In this document: one piece after another, positions 13,086 through 26,500 of the stretch | Layout: every line of letters begins with the position of its first letter | Position numbering within the stretch: the stretch's first letter is position 1 | DNA from: the human T2T-CHM13v2.0 reference genome, Homo sapiens | Assembly (NCBI RefSeq): GCF_009914755.1 | Contig: NC_060947.1 | Strand: one strand, 5' to 3' | Length of the DNA: 64,000 nt | Translations under genes and position numbers: made by a program | The notes under the pieces: model-generated | The model's input: the letters and a program-made list of their open reading frames with translations, nothing else | Told to the model about the DNA's origin: nothing | Databases searched by the model: none

Positions 13086-15494
13086 TTAAGGACATCTGAT
13101 CAGATCCTTTCCCAAATATTAAATAGGGGAAAGACCAAAATGTATACTATTTAGAGAGATACGGTAGTGAAGAAAGAGACTGTCTGGGACAACATAAATA
13201 CCACCAAAGCAAATTTGAGAGATTGGGTTCTAGTCTTGGCTTTTCCACTTCCAAGCTATAGAAAATGAGCAGGTGTCTTCTCTCTGGGCCTTAGTTATCT
13301 TAAAATAAGGTCAGTAATTTCTAACTTTTTTTGGGTCATGTACTATAAAGAAGGTTATGGTAGCAATAGAACTTTTTTTAGTAAAATACATACACAGAGT
13401 TTCTCTTTCACACACATATGCACACACACACTCAAACATTTTTGTACAATTTGAGATTTTTTAAGCTTAAAATTACATTAAATATCATGGATACAGCCAA
13501 TGTAGTCAATATTTTCTTTCCTTTTTTTATCACCCTTCCTCTCCTGCCTTTACTCAGATCTGAAAGTACCAGCATAAGCCTGTATCTAAAACAAGAAGTA
13601 CTCACTTTAGCACCTACGGTGACTCTCAGAAGAAATATCAAGGCAATTAGAAAGATGTACATATCAGAGTTCATCTCTCAAAATAATTAACACTGAACTA
13701 ACTCTGATTATGCCATATTTGGACAAGGTTTGTAACTCACTGGGCTTCAATTTCATCACCTGTAAAATGAGGAAGTTGGACAGATCAGCGGTTTGTAACC
13801 ATTCGGGGGGTTACTATCTGATAAACCCTTATGCTGGGCCCTTCCTGCCAGGTTGCACTTCCTGATAGCAGAGAGTCTGAGGTGGCAATGTTCATTAGTC
13901 CAGTGATTCTTAACATGTTTTTGGTCCCAGACTCCTTTAAGAATCTGATTAAAACTATGAACTTTCTCTTAAGAAAAATGTGTGTAAGAGTGCAAACAAG
14001 ATTTCATAAATGCTTTCAGGGATTCAAGGACCGTCTGAAGTCTATGCATGGCTCACCAGTAAAAATCTATGCCCAGTAAGATGTCTAAGAATCCTTTTAC
14101 TTCCAATATTCCACAAGTCTCTAATGTGGTCAGCATGTTTGACTTAAGACAAAATTGTGTGGTAAATACTTTTCCATACTCTTCTCATTTCTCTTTAGTA
14201 TTCCTTTCTTGTTAATTGTACTGAAATTGCCAGGGTCTCTACTGAGAGTGGATTTACCTGATAAAGTTACACTAACTCCTAATAAAATAAAACCTTAATG
14301 AGGAATTTGAGGCTACACATTTACCCTTCCCAACAGAGTTTACTTCTGCAAAAAGGGCACAGAAGGGGAATAGCCAAAAAGAACACACTTGAAATATTAG
14401 CTTTTCAAACCAGTGGCAGGTATGTGAGTGGGTTTTTGTGGGTTATAACACTTGCATTGAGTATTTTATTGTGTGTGATAGATGACCTTCCACTCTATCT
14501 ATTCATAACAGTGTTTCTTTCTCTATAGGGCCTTGTCCACATGTGCATACAGGAATGCAGGCTGTATAAAGTGACTTTTGTGGGCCCCAGCTGAATCTCC
14601 TGTCACCAAGTTCTGCTTATTGCTAATTGTAAGGACTTAAAATCAATAAAAATAAAACCACTCCTGGCTTGGATTCTTGTCTTACTATGTAGATCCAAAC
14701 AACACTCCTTTGCTCTATTCCCGAGTGTTACTTTTGATTGGAAAATCCAGTGTTCATTTGCACCTAAACTATAATTTTTAGTATAATGTATTCTGGACAT
14801 TTTTCCAATAATAAATTAGGTTCCTTTCAGGCTGCATACTTGCCCTAACATACAATCACATCATTAATTTTTATTTTGGGCACTGTATTTTGAACCATTT
14901 ATTCCTTCCTTTATCTTATGCATAAAAATAGAAATTAAATTAACAAGTTAAAATTTACTACATTTGTTTTGCAAACAGTCATGATCTTGAGTAAAGTAGC
15001 ATTTTGCATTTGGACGCTGGAGCTTTTATCTGGTAAAGAAACCACTTTCCACTCATTCCCCTTCACTTTGTTCCTAGACTCAGTATATTTCTGCAAAATA
15101 AATTCTGTTTCCCACCATATTCTGTAATCAATTCAGAGACTATCCCCTAAGGGAAAACAAAACATACTGGTAGCAGATAGAACGGAAAACTCTGGCAAGG
15201 TAGGAGGGAGTTAACCAGGTGGTCGACCCTGTAACTGCTTGAAATTGGGGTACTGAGAAATATACGATCTCTCTAATGCTGCCATAACCCCATCATCCCA
15301 AGACGGGATTTTTCTCTTAGCCCTGTGAATTTGCTGAATCTATATTAATAAGTTCTTCCTTTATTTTCTGATTTTTAAAATAATAAAGATTAATAAAATT
15401 CAGTTGCAGTATTGTACTTTGCCAAAGGTATCACTATAACCTGAGAATCGGCAGTGAAGTTCTTCGGCTTGAAATCTCCTTAATTTCACAACTC

Positions 15495-15700
15495 CAAATC
15501 CATACTGAGCATTTTTTTTTTGACTATCAAAGTTGTGTAATTTGGGGAAAGTTACTTAACATCTCTGAGCCTGTTTTTTCAACTATAAAATTGAGTCAGA
15601 ATTAAACCTAAAATATGGAGTTGTTTTGATGAATAAATAAAATAATGATTGTAAAACACATTCATATCAAACACAATGCCTGGCACATTGCCAACTCTCA
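15495..15700 (+). mobile_element. MIR
   Basis: gaaagttacttaacatctctgagcctgttttttcaactataaaa...acaatgcctggcaca. Confidence 0.6.
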
Positions 15701-16401
15701 GGTCATAAAATACCTTTGTCATTCATAAAAAAGTATTTTACTTAAACAAGGAATGAATATAATTAGTACTTTAACTCATAACTCCCACCCCAAAATAATT
15801 TGAATAACTGATTTTTAAAATGTTTTTTAATCCTTTAATTGTAGCACTCTTATATTTTATTGATGTTGATTAGTTAATTCTATGCAATTGCAAGGCCAGA
15901 CATAAAGCACATTGCATATTATAGAATGCTAAATAAATTTTAGTCATGATTAAATCATAACTATTAAAAATATTAAAAATTCTTGGAATGGGAGGATCCC
16001 TTGTATTTAAAATTGTAGGCCTGATGGTATGAATGTTTAGAAAAACTACATTAATCATAATCTATACTGTACCATGTAATCTTTTATTTACAGTATAACA
16101 AAGAAGCCAACTTGAGACCTAGTAATTTTAGAATCACAAGGTAAACATTAAATAATAATGAAACATTCATTATAAAGGAAATTATCTCCTCAAACCAATA
16201 TTAAGAGCTGAAACTTTTACTTTGCTTCCACTTTAATATATTTTATATTTTGGAGTTGCTCTATGGGGAAAGAATAAAAGAATTATTTGGGTCTCTATTC
16301 TTAATTTAAGAAGGCTTAACCTTTTTCTTTTTTCTTTTTCTTTTTCTAGATCTTTTAAGAAGATCTAAATGAGTCAAAATGTCTCCTTCATATATATATA
16401 T

Positions 16402-17148
16402 ACCTCTTGGTATCCTCATTTTCCTCCTGATTGCTTCCACCAAATAAGCTGCATATATATATATATATATATATATATTAAATGGACTCTTCCTATGCAG
16501 AGCCATGGCTCTTCATATGCAGAGCCATGCATATACTTCATATGCAGAGCCATGAAGTATAGTTTTTGAGTCCATTTAATATTTGACCTTGCCTCTGCAA
16601 CTAAAGGAAAACCCTCGCCACAGATAATGTAACTACAAATAAATCACCATTTCATAGATGCCATGAGACATTGGCCAGATGGAAAGTATTTTGGTAAAAA
16701 CATTCTCTTAAGAGTCAAAAAACCCTGTTTCAGATCCCAACTTCATCATTAATTAACTGTGAGACTTGAACTGGGTTCCTTCTTTCTTACTTTCTTCATC
16801 TTTAAAATGAGAGCTTAGACTATAACATCACTCATATCCCCTTCAGCTCTGATATGCTATAATTGAACCAACTTGGAGTGAAAGTTCAGAAGTTCCTATA
16901 GGATTATTTCCTTTGGTTCTAGTCAGGCTCAAGCTTCTTGACTTAAATAGAAAAGATAAGAGCAGTATCACTCAGGGAATTTCACCACTGGGTGTTTTAT
17001 TTCAAAACACATGCAATTTGGCTCCTGTGAGCTCTATCTGAGGCTGAAAATTCAAAAGATGTGTGTTCCACAAAAGGAGAAAGACATGCCTGCATCCAAA
17101 GCTTATTTGGTGGAAGCAATCAGGAGGAAAATGAAGATACCAAGAGGT
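16402..17148. repeat. 49-bp inverted duplication (16402-16450 vs 17100-17148, 48/49), left copy embedded in (TA)n
   Basis: Direct comparison; also visible as the shared peptide TSWY[P/L]HFPPDCFHQIS in opposite-strand ORFs. Confidence 0.95.
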
Positions 17149-17416
17149 GAGCCAGTAAAGCGTGGCAAGAGCTATGGGTTTAAATAAATACAAATAATAT
17201 TTCTGTTCTTTGCTTACTAAAATCTTGTAGTTCTTAACAGGCCCAGCCCAAACCCTTCTTCTCCTGGAAGACTTGCCTGACTTCTATAATAAAACTGTAC
17301 TCATTACTCTAGCTCTCTGAGATCCTTGACTTCTCTGAAATCTTACAGCACTAGATATGACTTTCTTAGGCCCTTATTATATTCATGTTGTCTTATATTT
17401 GGGGCAATTGCATTAT

Positions 17417-17430
17417 ACACATATATATAT

Positions 17431-17475
<45 letters not shown>

Positions 17476-17493
17476 CATACATATATATATATA
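17417..17493. repeat. (TA)n/(CATA)n microsatellite
   Basis: Directly visible. Confidence 0.95.
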
Positions 17494-17862
17494 ACCTGCT
17501 TAATTGGATTCTAAAGAGTTTCTGGGACATGGCATCCTTTCCTTTGCCATCAGCCCTCTGCCACTCTGTCCTTTATTCTCACCTCCCCAGTTGAATTTGT
17601 TCCACTGCTCTACACTTAAGAGTTATTCAATATATGTTTGCTGAATGGAGCTAAGGCTGTGTGAGGAAAGAGCACATCACAATAAACTCTAGACACACTA
17701 AGGCAAGTTGAAAAAATATTTCTGTAAACAAACAAACATAATATTACCCACATCATCTGCCAGACCCCGACACACAGAATCAGAAGACAATGCCAGGGCA
17801 ATATATTTCTGCCTGTTGTAAACATGTCTGGCCCAATACACATTTAGATTAATTTACTCTTT

Positions 17863-18196
17863 GACTGGGCTCAGTGGCTCATGCTTGTAATCCCAGCACT
17901 TTGGGAAGCTGAGGCAGGTGGATCACTTGAGGCCAGGAGTTCAACACCAGCCTGGCCAACATGGTGAAAACCCATCTCTACTAAAAATACAAAAATTAGC
18001 CGGGAGTAGTGGCACATGCCTGTAATCCCAAGCTACTCAGATGGCTGAGGGATAAGAATTGCTTGAACCCAGGAGGCAGAGGTTGCAGTGAGCCAAGATT
18101 GGACCACTGCACCTCAGCCTGGGTGAAAGAGCAAGAATCTGTCAAAAACAAAACAAAACAAAACAAAACAAAACAAAACAAAACAAAACAAAAAAA
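17863..18196 (+). mobile_element. Alu (S/J type) with (CAAAA)n tail
   Basis: Full dimeric Alu; pentanucleotide-expanded tail 18143-18196. Confidence 0.92.
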
Positions 18197-18889
18197 CCTT
18201 TTTCCCCTTATATTTTTCTCCAGTTGCTCAAGACAATTCTCACTAAAGCTAGCCTATGACAAAATTGTTATTTTGCTTTTGGCAGTTCAGTTTTCCCATA
18301 GTTGGATCTCTTCAGTTTTCCTTTATATCCTGTTCTCAACATGTACTCTTACCTTTACAGTTCTAAACTCATTCACATCAAGGTTTTCAAATAAGTATAT
18401 TTCTAGGAGAATGAGAATTTTAAAATCAAGACTTCAGGAAGAAAGAAATTCTTGCCTCTAGAGGACTGGTGTTTCAGGCAAAGTGGAGGTGATATTTTGA
18501 GGTGGAGAGCCCTCCAGGTATTCCCTATAATATACCACAGAGGTATGTCCTGGCATGAGACTGTACCTGCAATAACATGTTTTTTCTTCCATGGCCTATG
18601 TGAAAAGTCCCTTTACTCTTATCTAGAGATATTACCCAAATCATAGGTATTACCTCCAGTTGCTTCCTGTTCATCTACCTTTAGGAGTGGGGAGGGGGGT
18701 GTTAGGTGCCTAATACAGTGTGGCACTGGTCTCAGGGGTCTGGAACTCTGGGACTCCTTTGAACACCATCTTCAAGAGCCTGTGGCAATGGGTCTGGGCT
18801 GCAGAAAACCAACCTCTTTTCATTGGATCCTACCTAACTACTGAGAAGAAATGGGGGTTTACCTGCACTTCTTGGTAACAGGGACCCTG

Positions 18890-19430
18890 AGGGTAATGGG
18901 AAGTGGGTGGACAGGAAGTGGAAGGTGGATTATAGCTCCAGATTCTTCTTAAGGAGTGGGGTATTTAATTCAATGTCAGAATTTCAGAAGTTTGTGTATT
19001 CAAGAATGCCCTAGGCAGAGATCATGCTCACCTTCACCTCTTCTATTGGCAGCTTTCTAGGGAACATTCTTGAGAATGTTCACTTTGATAACTGAATGCA
19101 AGTGAGAGGCTGTGAGAAAGGATCACCCTAAGATTGCGGTGGCCCACTACCTATGCAAGCAACTCGAGGGCTCCTAGCTTCAGCAAAGGACTCCATAGGC
19201 AAATAGGCTGTGTGTTATCATGAGCTCAAAGCTGAGTGCAACCACAGAAGACAATGCACTGTGGCCCTCGAAATAGAAAGGAGAATTTCTTTTCCTAAGT
19301 GTGAAGCTTTGCAGGCTCTACATGCAGCCTGTAGTGTAGCCCTGCATCATTAACGGGGGTGGGCGGGGGCGGAGAGAATGAAAGCAAAAGAGCATGCTGG
19401 CTGCCCCCTGGAAAACGGAAATGTTCAGTG
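18890..19430 (+). promoter_or_regulatory. GPR174: Putative TATA-less, non-CpG-island lymphoid promoter of GPR174
   Basis: ETS site ACAGGAAGTG 18911-18920; RUNX sites TGCGGT 19135-19140 and AACCACA 19240-19246; Sp/KLF GC boxes GGGGGTGGGCGGGGGCGG 19355-19372; NFAT/ETS-like GGAAAACGGAAA 19410-19421. Lies just upstream of the exon 1 donor, at about the distance from the CDS I recall for the annotated TSS. Confidence 0.65.
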
Positions 19431-19735
19431 TACACAGAGAGTGGCTTGCATATTTCACTCTGACATCTTACTACTATGCTTTTCAACATGATAGTGGTTA
19501 GATATTCCTGATAATTTTAATTTTTTTTCCTTTTGCTTTCATAATTTTTCTTTTGGCTTTCTTTTATTTTGTATTATTTTTACTTTTATTTATTTTCTTC
19601 CCTCCCTCCTTCTCTCCTGTATTCATTCCTTCCTTCCTTCCTTCTTCCTTCCTTCCCTCCTTCCTCTCCTTTCCTTTTCTTTCTTTCTTTTTCTTTCTTT
19701 CTTTCTCTTTCTTTCTTTTTCTTTCTTTCTTTCTC

Positions 19736-19787
<52 letters not shown>

Positions 19788-19940
19788 TTTTTTCTCCTTT
19801 TGCTAGTGAAGGAGAATTGGATTGGTTATTTTCAGAACAGGCAGCCTAAATTGATGCACAAATCAGTAGCATCCTTTTTGGAGTGGCCATCACATGAATT
19901 CTTTGGAGATCTCTGAAGAAAACAGAAAGAAACTGAAATG
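19410..19940 (+). other. GPR174: GPR174 non-coding exon 1 (5' start approximate)
   Basis: 5' splice donor ATG|GTAGGT at 19940/19941, downstream of the promoter motif cluster; consistent with recalled annotation. Confidence 0.65.
19590..19800 (+). repeat. Polypyrimidine (TTCC)n/(TTTC)n compound STR inside exon 1
   Basis: Directly visible; 19627-19801 is purely pyrimidine. Confidence 0.95.
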
Positions 19941-22900
19941 GTAGGTTCTAATTATTTATGCATAATTAGCTCTCGTCTGTGCGTTTTTCCCTTAGTATCT
20001 AGAACTGGACTCTTCACACAAGGAACTGTACAACTTGTCAAGTCTAAGCATGGTTATGGATATAATGAACTTGGACCATCCTTAAATGTCATTTCGTTGG
20101 TATTTGAACAAACAAAAATAATTGTATGACGGGCTGCCGGAGGAGGGAGGCAACTTTAAACTTGGGAAAATATAAGTTTGACATGGAGAGATTTTTAATA
20201 ATGTGTTTAGCTCATTTGATATTGAGTAAAATAGTCCTGTGAACATTTGCAATTTAACCTGTTTTGTATTAAGTAGAGTTGCTTACATAAAGGTGCAGGA
20301 TAATTTTTATCTACTCTTTGCTATAACTCTTTGGGGGTGCTATTTTTATCTGCTGCATAATTAAACTGGTTAACTTTGTGTCCTTTTCAAAATGAATGGT
20401 TATTTGAAAAATGAGAGATACAATATTTCAGGACCTTAGCTAATATAAATGCATGTTCCTATCAGCTTGTGTAAGTTACTTATTTTCACTGTAAAAGTTA
20501 ATTATTGTAATTAATGATAGATATAAAGATTCTGTTTTCAAACACGTTTAAGAAAACTTGTTTATAATGAGAGAAAGAGGAAATAAGAAAGATAACAGGC
20601 ACAGTTGCTCTGTTTTTCATAGATAAGCTCTATTTACGATAGTAAGTAATCAGCACATTAAAAAAATCAACAATGGTTAAAATGATTTTGAATTTAATTT
20701 ACATTTCTAGATACTCAAAATTGACTTATTTTGACAAAATGTAAGTGAAATTATTTCCTTGTTTGCGTGTTTTCTCTGTTTTGTGCTCCAAGAGAAAATG
20801 TTTAGGACAGTGCCTTTTGACTTTAAACCATATGATGATACTATAAATGGTGTGTAACTGCTAGGAGCTGCATTCAGAGACTAAGAGAAAAAAGTCATGA
20901 ATTCCTATGTGAGAGAGAGATAGAAATGAGGAGGGATGTGGTACAATATGACCCAGGATTAAATCTCAAATAACTTTGCTGCTCCTTTGTCTCCTGTCAA
21001 CAGTAATGTACATGGACTTTATTTTATACTGCTCAAAACTTTTCATAAAAGAAAATGTTATAGTTTTATTCAATAAGCAGAACTATATGCTTTAGAGAGC
21101 TTTGGATCATTCAGCAAAGAGTATTTTGTTTTTCCTTTAGCTTCTGTAGATATCAGATATAAACACAAAAACATTAAACTTATAGAGAGGATTAAAGTTC
21201 TTCCACCCAGGGCAAGATTATACCAGTCACACTGGCAAACATTTGGATATGCCAAGAAGTTTGTGTCCAAGAAGGATATACTTTTAATTACAGATAATGT
21301 GCTTTGCACTTGTGAACACATGTACTGCTTTGCTTTGTTATATGTTTGTAATAATATTTGTGTGAGACAGGAACCACCTAGTGTACTTATTTTGTTGGGG
21401 CCAGATTAATACGATGCTGAATAATGTAAAGATGAATAAACATAAAATGAGTCATAGACTGCTCCCAATATGTCACTGAATTTCACCTGAAGACCCCTAG
21501 GAATGAATGCACTTCATTATGCCCCTTTGTACTAGGTAACTGAAAGGAAGAGGACAAAGAAACACACCTTCTGCATTCCGCTCATAGATACTTTAGGCAC
21601 CAATCAGCTACCCAGAACCAAAAAGGGAAGTAAACTCCTTTTCCTGATCTCCACCCAATCCTGATACAAGCAGGGCACAGACGGTGCCTCTTCCCTTGCC
21701 CATTAAAGTGACTCCCCACCCAAAACCTTCTTTTTATGCTATAGGTCTCAAGAATCAGTCTCTAGATCCCTAGTCAGAGAATAAGAAATTGTCAGAAACA
21801 GATTCAGCCCTTGTCACTTTCAGAGCAATGGCAAACATCTGAGACCTTTATGCTTTGGGAAGTAAAGTAGGTTCATAGTGCACATTGTGCAGTTGGAAAA
21901 AATGAGACTCGTAGAGGTGAAGTGACTGGGTCAAGTATCTCTGTCTGTCTGTGACAGAGACAAAGGTAGAATCCAGGTCTCTTCATACCTTGTCCAGTGC
22001 TGTGTTCATTTCTCCTTGCTGACTATCAGGGTTTGTGGATTAAGAGACATGCATTATTCATTGGGAAACATTAAAAGATTTCATTTTGAGAGCATTCAAG
22101 AATCTCTCAATAACAGGCACACTTCAGGTTTCTCCCAAAGGCCCTAATATTGTAACAGACCTTGAGTTGTTGGGCTTTACCACTGTTTCCTTCCAAGAAT
22201 AGGAAAGAGTTTTTCCTACTGTGCTCATAGAAAAAAAAAAAAAAAACCCAAAGTGCAAACTGATACTAGATGCTGTAATACAAGATTAACAAAGACCTGG
22301 CCATGTACTGGAAGTGTATGTGCTGTATTGAGTGTCAGAGCAACAATACAGCCAATTCATTAGACAAGAGAGAGTATGCAGGAGGTCCTGAGGTCTAGGA
22401 GATTCCAGATATGAGAAAGCAGTGAAGATTTTAGGGTATCTTGTCTGACAGAAACAGACATATGCGGTTGATCAACTAAGGTGAGAGTGTGAGGAAGATA
22501 AATATATACAGTAAGTGATAGTATGTGAATCCTGAAAAGGAATACAGTAATTAGTGGCTTGAATATTACTAATGTTTGTCATATAACCGAGTGCTATCTG
22601 AGATCTGAAAATTAAAGTGGGTTCTTCTGGTATAGTCTTTGAAAGGTAAAGAGTGTGCTCCAGAGGCATCATTTTCCTTTGCAGCAACAGCTGCATTAGC
22701 AGCAGCCAGAGATCAAGATGCAGACAGAGCTCCTGACAAATAATCAGATATGCAAGATATTAGCCAAAATCAAGTCTGTATAGACTCTGCAACTTGGTTA
22801 TGGGTCAAGAAGTTCACTACATTTAGTTATCTAGTGAGAAAACTAAAATTTAACCATTATCAGGTTCAGTTATGTGGGTCATGCGGAAGCATGACTTGTG

Positions 22901-23255
22901 CCCACCGTGGGAGCCAGGGTTGCCAATTCAGACTCAGTTGTGTCTTGGATAGCATAAATACTATCTCACTGGAAACCTAAAATATATGCAAATATCTCAC
23001 CAAGTCAAAAGTGCCCATCAACTCCTTTCCTACTTCCTGACATAATATTTGTTTCTTCAAAAAGCTTTTACAAAATGTCACACTACTTAGGGCAGAAAAT
23101 AAGGTTTTCTGTACATTCTCAGCAACGATGAAAGGCTTTAATATTGTTATTATTATTTAGCTAAAATTTTTTTCAGCTTTACTTGGCAGATGAGATTCAG
23201 TATTTCTTATAAGCTAATCACATGTTACCAGATATTTCTTATAAATCAATGACTC

Positions 23256-23533
23256 TTTTTTGAGACAGGGTCTCACCCTGTTACCTTGGCTGAAATGCAG
23301 TGGCATGATCACAGCTCACTGCAGACTTTATCCCCTCGGACTCAGATGACTCTCCTACCTCAGCCTCCCAAGGAGCTGGGACCATAGCCATGCACCACTA
23401 TGCAAGGCTAATTTTTGTACTTTTTTTGTGGAGACAGGGTTTTGACTCGTCTGGAACTCCTGGCCTTGAGCAATCTCCCAACCTTGGCCTCCCAAAGTGC
23501 TGGGATTACTGGTGTGAGCCCCTGCACTTGGCC
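23256..23533 (-). mobile_element. AluJ
   Basis: Diverged reverse Alu (gagacagggtctc, gatcacagctcactgcag); possible TSD caatgac. Confidence 0.85.
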
Positions 23534-26500
23534 CCAATGACATATTTCTGTATGATAAAATAATTCTTACAACTTAAGTATAGGATGACAGTGATGAAAT
23601 CCTTTACTGTTCAAAGTATTTAATCTATTTTAGGTAATACTGATGACCTATAAGTTACTTCTTTAAAACTAAAAGTGTGTTATTTTAGGTGTCTACTCTA
23701 TTTGAAGTGTCAGGCCAAATGGTGTGCTGAAAAATGAATAACATGTAGAAGATAGACTGATTTATTATTTCTCACATATGTTTTTACAATTAAATATTAT
23801 GAGCAAAATATATTATGAGATGAAAGAGCCCACAGAGTCTATTTTTTTAAATTTACATTTTATTTTAATCTATAGTTTCATGGCCCCTATTAATTTTCAT
23901 ACTGAAGGACTTACTCATTTAATTTTCTAAAGACATATTTCTTTGACTTTTTTCTCCACATCCTTATGACAATAGCATTCTGCTTCTGTATTCTTTGGTC
24001 CAGTTTTTATTGGGATCTGTTTTTATTTTTACCTTTTTTTCCCCTTTATTTTTATACCTTATAAATGTATCCGTTGACTTCTCTCTCTTCTAAGAAAGTT
24101 AGGGTTAAAGCTAGGTAGTACTGATTTTGTAATACTTCATAAAACTAACTCAATTTAACAAAGGAAAGTTCAGTGACTTGACCTAGCATTAGTCTCTCTG
24201 AGGAAGAACTACTGACCCTAGAAATAGAGTTTTGTATCAAAAGTCACAGTGCATATCAAGACATCTGGTACAGTAATACCTTTCTCTCTGAAATGCTATG
24301 ACTTCTAAAAGTTTATTAGGGTTAAAAAGAGAATTCTACCTAGCTGAAGCAGAGTATGAATATAACAGACTAGACTGTAAAGTGGCTGGTCTAGATAATC
24401 CATCCAGATTACTTAGGGAAGGAAGATTTGTGACCCAAGTTATCCTGAGTGAGTGATCATATATTGGGTTTGGGGATACCCAGTTTTGCTCTGACATCTT
24501 GCTGAAAGGCTCTTTCGATCATGGAGACTAGATTAAACCTCCCTCAGTTTTTTTTTTTTTTTTTTTTGCCATGAAATTTGGTTAAGCAAACACTATGAGG
24601 ACATTCTGTAACCTGCAGAGAGAAAAGGGCTGTTTTTCAGAATAGAGACTATAACCTGGATTATATTTGATGTATAATTACTTGTTAATGACTGATTTAG
24701 TTCTAAGTTACAGTTTTAAGAATTTTACATTAAGAAATATTATCTTTGTGTCTGTTTAGGTCTTTCCCAGGGGAACATTTACTCAGAAATTTTAAAACTA
24801 ACTGATCTCTGGGAATCATTAAATTTGAAAATATCTGTGACATAGTCCAATAGAGAAAAATTATTAAAGTTGATCACCCCAGGTTATAAGTTATTCCTTG
24901 ACTGGGACTTGGGCCAAACATGAATGGCCAGAGTAAAACTATAGGCTAAATCAATATCTGAAGAATATGGGCATGGTGGTTAATCAGGCTGGCCCCTGCT
25001 CAAATGCTGTGGAACCTCTGTTGTGTGGGCTTCTTGAATACAATACATAGAGATGCAATCTTCTCTTCATAATTTTCATTTAGTGACACTCCTGGACACT
25101 CATTGGAAAAATTTTGGACACACAATAGAAATGAAAATCAATAGTAAATCACCCAAATATAGACCCTCTAAAGACTGTATGATGTTGCTTTGAAAATTTT
25201 AAATTTAATCTATTTAACATTTGCATGCATTAACCCACTTGTCATATTGGGTCAAATAATATGAAATACTTCTAAGAAGTGGTGATCAGTTCTTTATATT
25301 TTTCTGCAAAATTTCAGCACATTAATTAAAAAGATAGAATTGATTTGGTTTCATATCTAAAAATTTGTTTTCAAAATAAAAAATTTAACTTCATATAACC
25401 CTTTCCTGAGTGAGGAATTATATTTAGATTGTAACAATTTATTTTAGAATGAAAATTAGGTTTGGTTTGCTCAGTCTCACTCGTAAGCATAATGACTTTA
25501 TTTTCTTCATGGGGAATTCTGAGCCTTTGGCCTTTTCCTATTCCCACATCTCCGGGAGTTCAGTCTAGTTTCTTTAGCAAAGGGAAAATAATAGTTTTCT
25601 AATATGATTTCGGATTTTGGACGTACATTTAGGAGTTTCCAGAGCTTTCTCACAGTTCTGTACATGAGTTTCAAAGCAGGTCCAAAGTCTCACCATGAAC
25701 TAAGGGTCAGCATCAGATTCAGACCATCCTTGATATGGATTTTTTTTCCCTGTAGAGCTTATACTCTATTCTAAATCAAGTATATTTTTAGTAATAACTC
25801 TAGAAAAAGCAGTAAAATATATAAGCAGCTACTCAGAATCTAAGATTCAGCAGGTTTTTTGAGCTTATCTACTACTGGCTCTTTTATTTTTAGTGTTCTA
25901 TCATCAAAAGTAATATATATTTTTAAAATTGTACACTTAACGATATACTAAGGATTGGGCAAGATGCCTTACATCATTTTGACAACAACTACATTTGCTT
26001 TCTCCATTTTACAGATTAAGAAACTAATGTTCAAGAAATTACATAACTTGCCCAGTGATATACAACTGTTTTTTTCAACACCACTTTATTGAGGAAGGAT
26101 TAGCATACAAAAAGATGTGTATATTTAATATATATAACTTGGTGAGTTTGGAGATAAATATATACCTGGGAAACCACCACCACAATCTATGCAATAAACA
26201 TGTCTATCTTGGTTGAGTTTCAAACCCAGTTCTGTTGATTGTCAAAGCTCTTTCTTTATGTTATGCTGTCTCTATACGATGAAGCTATAACTCACTATCT
26301 TGTCCCTTTCCACTTGAGAATCAAGAGAGTTGGTAATAGAAGAAGTCAAGATGTACCCATTTCAAAACAGGCTGTCCTTTTATTGGATTTAGGCTAGGTG
26401 AAAAGGAAAAGGAGGCGGGGAATAGGGAATAAAATGAATAAAATTGAGAATTGTAAAAAGCAAAAATTAAATGTTTTATTTATCTTCAACCATTCTTTAT

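Noticed and set aside
16489-16554. Three short direct repeats, superficially CRISPR-like
   Set aside because: Spacers are only 3-6 nt, there are no cas genes, and the DNA is mammalian.
17996-18461. 150-aa and other Alu-overlapping ORFs (also 41112-41403, 53652-54121, 58886-59255)
   Set aside because: Translations are typical Alu-derived peptides plus tail repeats; no coding evidence.
19553-19916. Phe/Ser/Leu-rich ORFs of 98 and 115 aa
   Set aside because: Artefacts of a stop-free pyrimidine STR, with non-ATG starts.
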